Shown: piece by piece, positions 11,872-23,465 of the stretch | How the letters are laid out: each line of letters begins with the position of its first letter | Position numbering within the stretch: position 1 is the first letter of the stretch | DNA from: Adineta vaga | Lineage: Eukaryota > Animalia > Rotifera | Direction of reading: 5' to 3' | NCBI GenBank assembly: GCA_021613535.1 | Contig: CP075494.1 | Span: forward strand, 15,996,001 to 16,060,000 | Length of the DNA: 64,000 nucleotides | Made by a program: the position numbers and the translations under genes | Notes under the pieces: model-generated | Told to the model about the DNA's origin: nothing | The model's database searches: none | Seen by the model: the letters and a program-made list of their open reading frames with translations, nothing else

Positions 11872-12840
11872 TTAGAAATGAAATTTTTCTTGCATATAAA
11901 AAAACGGTTCATAGATTAATTGTTCAATAAAATATGATTGAAATGATGATTGATATTGTTGTGCAAAGATTGGAAGTTGATATGAATAACAAGATGAACA
12001 ATTAAGAAAAATACTTCGAAATGATTCATGTAGATTTTCAGAATAATTTATAAAAATTTCTTCATCTTTTTGTTCTTTATAAATAAATTTTACAATGGAA
12101 AAATCAATAAAACGAATAGGAAATTGATCATTTTCGTTATTCATTAGAAAAATATTTCCTAAATTCAAATCAAGATGAATAATTGACATTTGTTTTAATT
12201 GTAAAATAGCAAATAAGATTGAATAAATTAAATTTTGTACAATTGGAAGTGTTAAATGACTGGAATTTTCTTCTAAATATTGTTTCAATGATATTCCATT
12301 GTCAAGTGTTTTTATTATTAAAAAATAAGTTTGTTCTGTTTCATTTTGTTCAATTGATTGATAAAATGAATAATATGAGATATTAGGTGATACAATTGTT
12401 GATGTTGGCATCAAATCTTGACAAAAATAACTTTTATAGAGAACATAAAGTTCACTTGGAATCCAATTTTCTTCTACAATTCGTTTTCTTTCATCTTTAT
12501 CAATAAAATATTCATTTTTTTTCGGATTAATCTTTGAATAACAATTATTTTCATTTAGAAAACTTAATTCATCTCCATGAATATAATTCCAATTACTTTT
12601 AAATGAAGAATATTTTATAATAACTGAGATTTCACTTTCATTATTTAATTTCAAATAACCATTATATGTTGAACTCATTGAACCAGCTTCATTTCCAGTA
12701 ATTTTATCTGTTATTACCAATGGAATGTCATTCTTCTTAACATAATTTATTATTTTATTTGTTATTTCATCGATTGATGAATTAAATAAACAATTTATAT
12801 CTTCCATCGATAAGAATAATAAGAAAGACAATATTAACAT
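11872..12840 (-). CDS. Atypical protein-kinase-like protein with a hydrophobic N-terminus; intronless
   Basis: VIIK, IIHLDLNLGNIFL (catalytic loop), IRFIDFS (DFG variant); short C-lobe. Confidence 0.75.
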   Translation of the reverse strand: MLILSFLLFLSMEDINCLFNSSIDEITNKIINYVKKNDIPLVITDKITGNEAGSMSSTYNGYLKLNNESEISVIIKYSSFKSNWNYIHGDELSFLNENNCYSKINPKKNEYFIDKDERKRIVEENWIPSELYVLYKSYFCQDLMPTSTIVSPNISYYSFYQSIEQNETEQTYFLIIKTLDNGISLKQYLEENSSHLTLPIVQNLIYSILFAILQLKQMSIIHLDLNLGNIFLMNNENDQFPIRFIDFSIVKFIYKEQKDEEIFINYSENLHESFRSIFLNCSSCYSYQLPIFAQQYQSSFQSYFIEQLIYEPFFYMQEKFHF

Positions 12841-14264
12841 TGAGAAAAAAAACTATACACTATTCAATTATTTGAGCGCATTTTCGTTTTCTATGAAAAA
12901 AAGATTTCTCATACTTTTTTGTTCTCTAGTAGAATTAGCAATCTATTAGTATTAAAGACTTTCGATCTATTTAGGAATTTTATGCACATTATGACAAACT
13001 CTATTTTTATACTTGAGCATATATCGTCATGTGATTTGAAGAATTTCAAGAGAAACAACTTGAAGGGTGTGGGTAATGGTAATCAAGTGAGAGCTAGTTT
13101 GAGTTTGTTCAGAATTCTGTGGCGCGGAGTGTGATGTCTATAGCGTAGGCAAAATGAGCGACAACCAGGTACTCTACTCTAAACAGCGGTTGTACTTTAG
13201 ATATATGTTCTAATGAAATTGTATTGGTGAAGGTACCGCGAACAAAGACGAAAATGTTCGAATTGCTGAATGAATAGTTGAATTCAACTTTCGAGTATTA
13301 CACTATTGTCTTATTCTTTACATATTGGAGACTTCAAGTGGCCTTGCAACTGCCAGAGAAATGTGATTGTGCCTTCTCTTTTCTCTTTCTTCTTTAACAA
13401 CAGCGTACAGTTTGAGTCAGTTTTCGTTTTCTTTTCATACACTTCACTCCAATAGGATTAAATGATCGTCACCATTACCTTAGATGAGAAGCGAAGTTGT
13501 CAATGTAAAATATAAGAACATACTGTATGAGAATATTATTCGTGATAGATGAAAACATATTAATTACGAACAAGAAGGAGTGGGAGAAAATCACGTATGT
13601 AATTATCATTAGATTCATCTCATACTTTTATTTTTATGTTGAAAAAAGAGAGAGATGAGTTTATGAGCTGAAGATCAAAAGCATTCGTGTTAGAACGTTT
13701 AAAATTGAGCACGACTGTTTATCTTGCAGATGTATACCTAAAAGAGATCGTCGATAATTTTTCATGTATTCTATTCACCAAAAGTTGTACTGCCGAATCT
13801 AATCATTCTCAATCAAAAATTACCGGAAAGTTAGTTTATTAAAGTCGGAAGTCTAAGTTGTTCATGTTTATGCAGAAGTATACTCGAGTGCGAACAATAT
13901 TTAAAGATCGTCGTTTTTTCTATACTTTTGAAAAGTTTAGGAAGCCGTTAAAACTATTTCACAATAATCGGCGAATAATATCATATTCAAAATAAATAAG
14001 ATTATTGACCTTGAATTACTACATTCTTACGCGAAAAATGACTCCCACGAACAGGTAGAATGAACTGCAAATAATGGTAAGCAATTTTAGTTATTACTAT
14101 GAGAATGTATGTCATGTCGGATCACTTACCACCAATTGATATTAATGAATTTAGTTTTACTAATGACAAATACACGGAGAAGTTGATACAGTGGTGTGTG
14201 TCTAATCATAATATATTGTCTCCATCTTCATTATATTTTATAGATTGGATGATCATTTGTCGAA

Positions 14265-15734
14265 ATGGATGAACCACTTATAAAACAAGGATCAAATTAT
14301 AAACTACAATTACGGTATAAAAAAGAAATTTTCCTCGTCATAATTTCTGCTACTATTGGTGCTGCTGTGTCTCCATTGTTTTTCAAGACTCCATTTAAAT
14401 CAAATCTCACATGTTCATACAAAAGTAGTATGATTAACGATAATATAAAAACAATGAGTTTCTCGAAAGAACACATATTCTATAATGAAATCGCAATATC
14501 CTATTTACAGCAAAATAGAAATCAATATTTCTCTAAATTTACATGCACTGGTGATGAAAATGATTATGGAGCATGGAAAGAACGTCTTTGTGTATTTTAT
14601 AATGTCTGTTATAATAAAGATGATAATAGATTTGATTATTTTCGATTACCTCACAGTACACCAAAACCACTTTTCTATGATTCATCGGAAGGTATGCTAT
14701 TTCAATTTGGTATAAATGGTAAGCCATCTCCATTTGTGACACTTACCGTAGGTGGAGACACACCATGGTCACCATACATTACTGACGAAACATATCCAAC
14801 AAAAAACTTTACAAAACTTAAACAAATACATAGTTTAATAGAGACTCGTTTTGCTTTTGATAACATAGGACATGGACTATGGGAAGATTTTGGTTCGATT
14901 TCGTATTCGATGGATCGGCTAAATATAAAAGATCGAAAGCTGATTATTATGCATTATAACAAAATAGACAATACGAGTCTGTTTCGCACATACTATAAAT
15001 ATGTAATACCTGCGTTAACTGAAAATCCTATCGTACAATTTGAAACTTATGTGAAATCGTTTAAAACAAATTATGTATGTTTTGATACTTTGGTTCTTGG
15101 AGGACAAATGCATGTTTTTCCAAAACCAGAAATGAAAGAATATCATGGACGTGAAATAATTTACTATAATTGGAGATCAAAAATGATACAATACAACGGA
15201 TTTGATCCTAATTTTGTTCCAAAAAGGCATCATATTACTATTACTAATAAGTCGGATTCTATAACGAATAATTCTGGAGCAAAACGACATCGTGGAATTG
15301 CAAACCTAGAAGAAGTGGAAAAGTTTGTTAGAGATACTTATCCAAAGATTTCTACTGAAGTCATTGAATGGCATACTGTTGAATTCAACCATCAGATTGA
15401 GAAGCTATTAAATACTACTATCTTAATTACACCATGTGGTGGTGTTTCAATGATAATACCATTGCTGCCACATGGTGCACATGCAATAGTAATGGATTAT
15501 TATGTTACTAAATCAATTCATGGTTATGTATACGGTGAAAGTGCTTCAATGGAGGGGGCTTTTCTTAATCATATACCTCATGTTCGAAAACAGTATTATC
15601 AGATCTATGGACCACAAGATTATGAATTTGATTATCCAGAAGCGTCCGATACTCGAGAAGCTGCATCTATTATCATAAATATGCCACGTTTACAATTATT
15701 AATTGATAAAGCCATAGAAGAAATGGAATTTTAA
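14265..15734 (+). CDS. Glycosyltransferase family 61 (DUF563)-like type II membrane protein; intronless
   Basis: N-terminal TM; RLCVFYNVCY, NIGHGLWED, RGIANLEEV and ILITPCGGVS...LPHGAHAI. Confidence 0.75.
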   Translation: MDEPLIKQGSNYKLQLRYKKEIFLVIISATIGAAVSPLFFKTPFKSNLTCSYKSSMINDNIKTMSFSKEHIFYNEIAISYLQQNRNQYFSKFTCTGDENDYGAWKERLCVFYNVCYNKDDNRFDYFRLPHSTPKPLFYDSSEGMLFQFGINGKPSPFVTLTVGGDTPWSPYITDETYPTKNFTKLKQIHSLIETRFAFDNIGHGLWEDFGSISYSMDRLNIKDRKLIIMHYNKIDNTSLFRTYYKYVIPALTENPIVQFETYVKSFKTNYVCFDTLVLGGQMHVFPKPEMKEYHGREIIYYNWRSKMIQYNGFDPNFVPKRHHITITNKSDSITNNSGAKRHRGIANLEEVEKFVRDTYPKISTEVIEWHTVEFNHQIEKLLNTTILITPCGGVSMIIPLLPHGAHAIVMDYYVTKSIHGYVYGESASMEGAFLNHIPHVRKQYYQIYGPQDYEFDYPEASDTREAASIIINMPRLQLLIDKAIEEMEF

Positions 15735-15771
15735 GCGAATTTTTAAAGATGAATAATATCAAATATCATAA

Positions 15772-15829
15772 TTAGGGTGTGGCTGTGGATACCACATCTA
15801 TCTAATACTCATCCACCCACACCCTTAAG
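15772..15829. mobile_element. Short hairpin-like MITE, same family as 2181-2251
   Basis: tta-gggtgtgg ... ccacaccc-tta(ag). The inverted termini are flanked by TTA on both sides. Confidence 0.6.
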
Positions 15830-16004
15830 ATCTTTATTCAGTTGATTAAATCGATCCTGATTGAAATGAAAGATTTTTTCGTTCTTCATTTAAAAAAAAA
15901 CCGAATTTCATGTATTTTGTTATTCTTATTTTCATTTTTTAATAAATAAAATTCACGTGTAAGTAAAAACGAAACATTTTTCTTCTAGATAAAACAAAAT
16001 TTCA

Positions 16005-17009
16005 ATGTTTGTATATAAACGATGTTTTCTAATGATTATTCTCTTATTATCATTTATCTTCATTATTGTTCTAAAATCTTCATCATTAAATAGAAAAAAC
16101 AATGAATATTCAAAAGAAATAAATCAAACATTGACATTGGAGAAATCTTCCTTAATAAATTTCGAACGTCAATCTAATTGCAATTTAAAAACACCAAAAA
16201 AATGTTCAAAAATGAATAAAAGTTTAATAATAACATTTTGGGGTAAAAGATCATCAAAATTCTGGTTAATAAATAATATTCATTTAAAATATCCTGAAGA
16301 TTTTTTTGATTATATTATAATGATATATGATAATTCAACATGGAATTTTCATCCAATTTATGACAAAGCAATTTGGATTCGTGTAAAAGATCAAATGCGT
16401 TTTTGGTTTTTAAAAAGATTTCTTTCTCCATATTTAATTCAATCATATAATTATATTTGGATTATTGATCAAGATATTCAATTTGATTTTAATCCTTTAG
16501 TTTATGAATGTATTTTAAATCATTATCAAATCTTATTATCATCACCTGGAAGATTATTAGGTTCAATTAGTTATTTATTCACACGAATATCACCACAATA
16601 TGAAAATAAAATTGGTCGTTGGACAGATTTTGTTGAAACAGGTCCTTTAATTGTTTTTAATTCATCAGCATTTGCTTGTATTTGGAATTTTATTAATGAA
16701 AAAGTTAGTTCTGGTTATGGTTTAGATTTAATTTGATGTCAAATTCTTAATAAAATTTGTTTTCAGAATATTTTAACACAAAAGATTTGTGCGATTTTAG
16801 ATTCATTTTCAGTAAATCATCTTGCAGAAGGAATTAATACAGTGGATTATGGAAATCAAGAATTATCAGCTTATGAAGAGTTTTATCGAAATTATAAAAC
16901 AAAAAGACAAAATTTTGGACCAATTGATAAAGATTTATTAGTTTTAGATTCTTGTACAAATATTTATTCAAATAATCAATCAAGTGATTTTATAAAAAAT
17001 CAAAATTAA
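16005..17009 (+). CDS. DUF707-like (plant-type GT-A-like) membrane protein interrupted by one in-frame TGA at 16734-16736
   Basis: YNYIWIIDQDI, TDFVETGPLIVF..AFACIW and GYGLDLI*C. The frame stays open for about 90 more codons (CAILDSFSVNH) to TAA at 17007-17009. Confidence 0.7.
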
Positions 17010-17030
17010 TAAAAATAAGAGACTTTTTAA

Positions 17031-20000
17031 TCAATTATTTTCTATGTTCATGTTGGCAATCGGTTGAATATGTCTTCGACGATGTTGTATAAAATATTGA
17101 TATAATTTAGTAATGAAAGGTATGATAAGTTTCAATATAACTGTTAATCCACCACTAATACCCATAATACTTGTAAAAATAAATATTCCATCAAATCGAG
17201 TGTTGAGTAAATAAGTACATCGTAATGGTGAACATGATGTATAATATTGATCATATGTTATTTGAGTATTCCATCGATCGATGAACAAAAATTCGACTAA
17301 AGATTCAACTGTGACAAATGGATTCGATTGTGAAGAATTGAGAGAACGAAAGATTGTTTGTGGATTTGTTATATTTGAGATAATTGTATTGATACAAGTA
17401 AGATTATAAAGACATTGAAGTGTTGATTGTAATAGAGATTCAATTGGAAAACATCCAACTAAAAATCCTGGAACAAACCATTCATCGATCGATGCTGATG
17501 ATACACAAGTTTCAGAAGAACCACAAGTACATGTATCATTTTTGTATGTACGTGCTGAGACAGTAATTATTGTAGTGTACACGCTCATATCTTCTATGTA
17601 ATCATTGAGATACCAGTTGGAAAGTGTTGTTGATATCAGTCGGTTACCTTTACTAATACCTTTGATGAGATTGAAAATAAGAAGAAATGCTTGACGTGTT
17701 GATGTGTGAAAATGGATGATCGTCGAATTGATCTGTGATTCGATTGTTTGAAGAGATTCAGCTCGTTTACTAATTAGAGTGTTCGACATAAATGTTACTA
17801 ATGCATCATAAACTGTTTGTTGTGCAATGGTACAAAGAGATGCAAGTGATCGAAATTGTGGAACAATAAAAAGTCGAAAATCATCGTAAGCATAGTTGTT
17901 ATTGAGTAAATTATCGGAGAAAAGTTTGAGCCATTGAGATTCTGTTTTTACGAAATCACTTGAACAGATTTGATGAAAAGAAGGAGTTAGATGAACAAAA
18001 CGATCATATCCAATAGTAAGATTTTGACATGGACAATCCAATGTTGATAAATAATCTTGATTAGTATTGAGTTGATCAAAAGTTTCTTTCGATGGATTAT
18101 CAATTGTATAAAGTTTAGTTTGAATAATACTTGATGTATAAATCGATACAATAATAATGCAAATTGTCAATGAAATCAAGTAGAACCGAGTAGTAATAAT
18201 TTCTGCTTGATGCTGTTCAGAATCAATCCATGAGATTCGACTTTCAAAAAGATTGAACTGTAACAATCGATTCTTGAATTGAACAAGCAGTCGACGAATA
18301 CGTTCTGAGGAACAAAGTTCTCCTGTAAGATATTATTTAGAAATAAACTTTCAAAAGAAAAAAAAACGGAAACGTGTATGGCTTACCTTCATTTTGTCTA
18401 TTGTTTGTTTGAGATTTCATGCGCATCCGCACTAGTCTAACAAGAACTGGTATACATATTTTTAAAATAACAACTAATCCACCAAATATGCCGATCACAT
18501 TTGAAAAGATATATAACCGATCACCTCGTGTTTGAAATGTGTATGAACAATGTGATGGTTTACATTGATCATAATAATGATTGTATTTAATAACAACATT
18601 CCATTGATCAATCATGAGTTCGTCTACTACACTACTCATCCAAGTATTTGGTAAAAATCGACTTGCCATGGGCTTCAAAATTGGTGTGTTCGTTGCGAAG
18701 GATACGTCTTCCGTGATCACATCTATGAGGGGATTTAAACATGATTCATTATAGAAACATTCCAGAGTTGATAAACGAACAGAATCGATTAGTGAGCATC
18801 CAGCGAAGAAGTTCGGAACGGAAATTATAAGTAAAGGCCCATAGTAATAGTGATATCTGTATAGATTCAATTGATCTACGCAGTTATCATCGATATCACA
18901 TGAACAATTACCTTTTATTCGAGATTCTACATCAATTCCATAGACGTCTGGACCGTATTCAGTGCGCGGTACGCCAACAATGCTAAAAAAGGAAAAAAAT
19001 TGTTGTCAAATTATCATGAGATAAACAAAGAGATACATACTCAACATTACCACCATCTGCTATAAGTGTCGTTTGTGTTTGGAAATTAATAATTGCTAAT
19101 GTACGTTTGAATTCATCTACTGTACTTGTTTGAAATAATTGTATAGTTGAACTAACACGAACTAACAAATAATCCAATGGTAATACTTCATCTGTAATCA
19201 ATAGTGAACGATTGACTACTTGCCATCATGCATTAGTTACCGTTGTACTAGCAAGACTGCATAAAGTAGACAAGGTTCGGAAGAAACTAGGTGCAGTCTT
19301 TCGAAAATCAGTGTCTATTTGAGCGCGGTCCTGAATAGTTGTCAAATGTTCTATCCATGAATCTGAAATTAACCAACTTGAACAGACTGGATGTAAAATA
19401 GGTGATATAGAAATGAATGAGCCATATGGTATTGTTATATCACTACATGAACACTTCAGTGTACTAGAATATGTCTCCTGTAGGATTTCGAAGGTTGTCT
19501 GTGATGGATTATCGACAATTTCATTTTTCAACCGAAAAGTAATTGAAGTGTAAAAAATAATAATTATAATCGCAGTAGCAAGTGTGATTAAATAGACGCG
19601 AGTGATAATTCGTGTGGTAGTCAATTCAAAAGGATCTCTGGCTGCATCTGCAGTTTCAAATAGATTCAAATTGATAATGAGAGTTATTAGTTGTTGGCCA
19701 AACATTTTCAAACGTATCGAAAGAGATATTCCTAAAAAGTAAAAGATTATAATTTAGTTCTTTTAATATTTAAATCTGACTTTCATCTATCTGTAGAGAT
19801 GTCACAGATCGACTGCATGCCCATGAAACAATATAGAACACACAGAGACGTAGAACAATGATAATACCACCAAGAAGACCGAACAGTGTTGTAAGTACAA
19901 AAACTGGATTTCCAATTTGAGTGAAAGTATATGTGCACGAAATGGGTGCACATTTGTCGTAAAAATTCGAGTACAAACTCAATATGAACCGGTCTTCGAT

Positions 20001-21102
20001 GAAAAGTTCACCGAAAAGTGTTTCAACAGTTGTTTCTGGAGTGAATATTGTTGAATTGCTATGAAGAACATCGATATTTGTAATGTTAATACGTGGAAAA
20101 AGAACAAATATAGATTGTAGACAATCCTCAATAAATAAACATTCCAGAGTCGATTGCAAAAGACCTTCGATAGCATAGCATGCCATCCGAAAACCAATGG
20201 GTTTCCTACGAGAAATAGATAAACAAGAATGTCTCTCTTAGCTTATGTTTAATTTAAACATACTCGGTTGCATTGAATTCTTCATAGATTGTTTGGGCAG
20301 AACATGTCGGTGTGTACACACAATTACATGAAGTACCGTTATCCGTGAGAATAGTTCTTGCTGCAGCTTTTAATCCAGAGTTTGTGCCACTATTAGGGAA
20401 AATTGGAGAATAAGAGAATATTCGTGGCATTGAAAATTCTGTTTGTAATTGATTGCTATGGAACGCTTTTCTTACAAACTCATCATGTTGACGTAAAATG
20501 TTTGCTGCTGAATTTAATGTTGATGAAATTTCTTCTTCAATCTGTGTATTCAATGAAATTGGTGAAATAAGATATTGTGTAAAAAGAATCTTTGAAAAAA
20601 TATCATCAATTGCATTTTCAACCGATCTTTTTGCTACTGAACAAAGAACATTTAGTAATTGAAAATAACTACTGGCTACCAAGCGAAAATCTTTCTGTTC
20701 GAAGTCTGTTATATTTTCAATGAACAATCCATTAATCCAAGTATCGGTAATAAACCAACTAGTACATATGGGATGATAATTAATTGAAATCTTGAAAAGA
20801 TCTTTGTAAGATATAGCCAAATTTTTACAAGGACATGACAAAGAATCGTCATAGTTTGCATATAATTGAGTGTATGTTGTTTCCGATGGACTTTTGATAT
20901 TGACTGTTTGTGTAAGAGGTGAAAGAGAACTATATAAAATGAGAACAGCGATAACCAATGTGAATAATACTAAATAAATTCGTGTGGATAAAATGGCAAT
21001 ACGTAATTGTAAAGGATTTGTCCGAGCTTCTGGACTATCGAAGAGATTCAGAGCAAGCATATGTTGCTTGATCCATCGAGCAAAAGAACCCAATGGTCTC
21101 AT
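17031..21102 (-). CDS. Three-module (TM/Cys-rich ectodomain/TM)x3 membrane protein, paralog A; 5 exons, 1281 codons including the stop, one in-frame TGA at 19228-19226
   Basis: Exons 21102-20264, 20205-19781, 19731-19041, 18982-18387 and 18322-17031 join in frame through GT-AG introns. Each module has TRxYL-TM, C(P/S)C, HxxC(S/T)S, STLxCxx and GxxGG-TM. Confidence 0.8.
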
Positions 21103-22783
21103 TTTGTTTCTATAGTTTGTCTAATGACACTTGATTCAATCTTTTGTTTGATTGTTATATCGATTGTTGAGAGTCTAAATATTCTACTAATCAAATGTTA
21201 TCTAAAGTGAAGAAAAGAGAACTGAAATATCATTAGCAAGTAAGTGGAGCACTTTGATGGAACAAAAGTTGCCAGTGTTACTTCATAATCATCTGAGCGA
21301 CTAGAGGATATTTAGACTGTAGGTGTTATTGAAAGTGGTAGGAATCTGGCTAATCTCGGTCATCATTACTCTAACCAACATATAATATTTGGAAAAATTT
21401 GCAATGAGAGCCTCCATTCAAAGCGTAACTATGGTTAACATTATGAAAAAAAAATAGTTCTTGTTTCTTATTGTTTACCAAACAATTCTTATCCTTACCT
21501 TTCTCTCTGATTCCAGAACTCAAAATGTAATTAGAACAAAAGTGAAGTGAATCAATATCTAACGACAGAAAGTCATGAGCAAAAGAAATTATTGAAAACA
21601 TACCTTGTTATTTTTTCTATCCATTACGATATTTGTTCTCGAAATAAACATCGAAGTATATTTTTTCTTTTACCATTCTAAGTAATGACTCCTTTGTTGT
21701 GTACACAAATCGAGATAATTAAAAAATACTTACTTGATTTTTTTATGGGAGAATATTTTTTTGATGAATGAGATCAGTTGTATGTTCAATTCGAATTTCC
21801 TTTCTAAAATACATAACATACATCTCTAATTAAACTATATATGATCTTCTTTTAGCATAAGTACGTAAAATATTGACGAAAGTTTGAGTACCCTATTAAT
21901 CGAACGTTATCTAAAGTGTAGAAAAGTCCAAGTAAAATATAACAATCATCAAGATAATTGTAATATTTTAGTGTAAGTTAGAATAATGATGTTGATCTAT
22001 TTCTATTTTTTGTTACTAAGAAAATATCTAATATCTCTCTCTCTCTTATTCTCTCCAAACAAATAATAATACTATAACAGTTTATGAACAGAAAATTCCT
22101 TTTCTTCATAGCTCACAAACAATCTTTGTCCTTGCTCTTTCTTCGGTTTCATAACTCATTTTGTAGTTTTAGTAAAAGCAGAGATATGAGTAAAAGAGTT
22201 TTTCTATCCATTATGATATTTGCTGATAAAAAAATCATACATCACTGATTGTCAAGCAATAAACATCGAAGAATAGTTTTTCTCTTACCATTTCCAGTAA
22301 TAACTGCCTTGATATGTGCATAAATCGTAATGTTTAGGAAATACATATCAGTATTTTATTTATCTACATACTGAAAGTAAAGACGCACTAATTATTCTGT
22401 ATAAGTCTTTTTTTTCCAGAAACATCATCTCATTAGTTAAGTATTAGCTCACTCTCTTTTGTTCTCAGTTTCATATTTAATCCATGTTAAAGAGAGTAAA
22501 AATATATTTATATATGATTTTCTTTTAGAACAGTTATATAAATTATCGTTACACACAAATTAAATTGGTCTCAAATAATGATATTTACAGTTCAGCTATT
22601 TATTCTTCTAAATCTAGGCGGAATAATCAACTGTTTGGTTCAGAAATCAAGTAAGATGAAATCAACTTTTCTTGTTACTGTAACTTTCCTTTTCAAGTAT
22701 GCATTTAAAAAATGTGAGAGATCTCATTAGTTTTATTATGTCGATAAACAATGTTTCACAAAACTAACCTTTGTTTTCCATTT

Positions 22784-23432
22784 ATTTGAGGGTGGGTGTG
22801 GACTAGTAGGAATTATATACGTTACTAGCGGAGATGCCCGCTTCAAAAACGATACAATTTACGTTTTTCATCTACAGCAGTGCTTTTCTTATCACCCACA
22901 GGACCTCTCCGTTCGTATTTAACTGTCGTGTATCAAAAAATCCCCACACCCTCCTTTTCCGCCCTGACTTAGTTAGTGTAATCTTTCAAATCGTCACTCA
23001 GCGTACTTTACCTGTCTTCCACACGTCTTTCTCCTCCATACTGAGATCCTTCCTATATCCCTTTTCGCGTCATGCACCAGGTCTTTTTTTCAGAACTTCG
23101 CATCTCTTCATTCGTTCTTTCCTACTGATTTTGTCTCGCTATGTATACGATATACAACTCTGTTCCTTTTAAATCCACACCCACTGTCCCGCTGCAAGTC
23201 ATTCTCTACTCTATAAACTTCACTTCTATTCTATACAGGTAGAGTAGTCATTTCACTCCAGATTCAGTTTTTTTGAGAACCCCAACCCACGCTTTGTAGT
23301 TGTCTATCCTGGATGCAGACACCCACACCCAAACTGGAGCACATTCTCTAAGTTTCTACCAAAATAACGACAATTGAAATTCAATACGACTTGGGTGAAA
23401 TTTCACCCAGACACCGATTCCCACCCTCAAAT
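22784..23432. mobile_element. About 650-bp non-autonomous element bounded by a perfect 13-bp inverted repeat ATTTGAGGGTGGG / CCCACCCTCAAAT
   Basis: IRs at 22784-22796 and 23420-23432; subterminal palindrome TGGGTGAAATTTCACCCA at 23392-23409; interior more GC-rich than the flanks. Confidence 0.55.
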
Positions 23433-23465
23433 CAATATATTTTGATACGGAACGTGTAAATTATC

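Noticed and set aside
13140-14200. Slightly GC-richer intergenic stretch after the 13059 motif, possibly an element interior
   Set aside because: No partner inverted end, ORF or repeat could be identified by eye.
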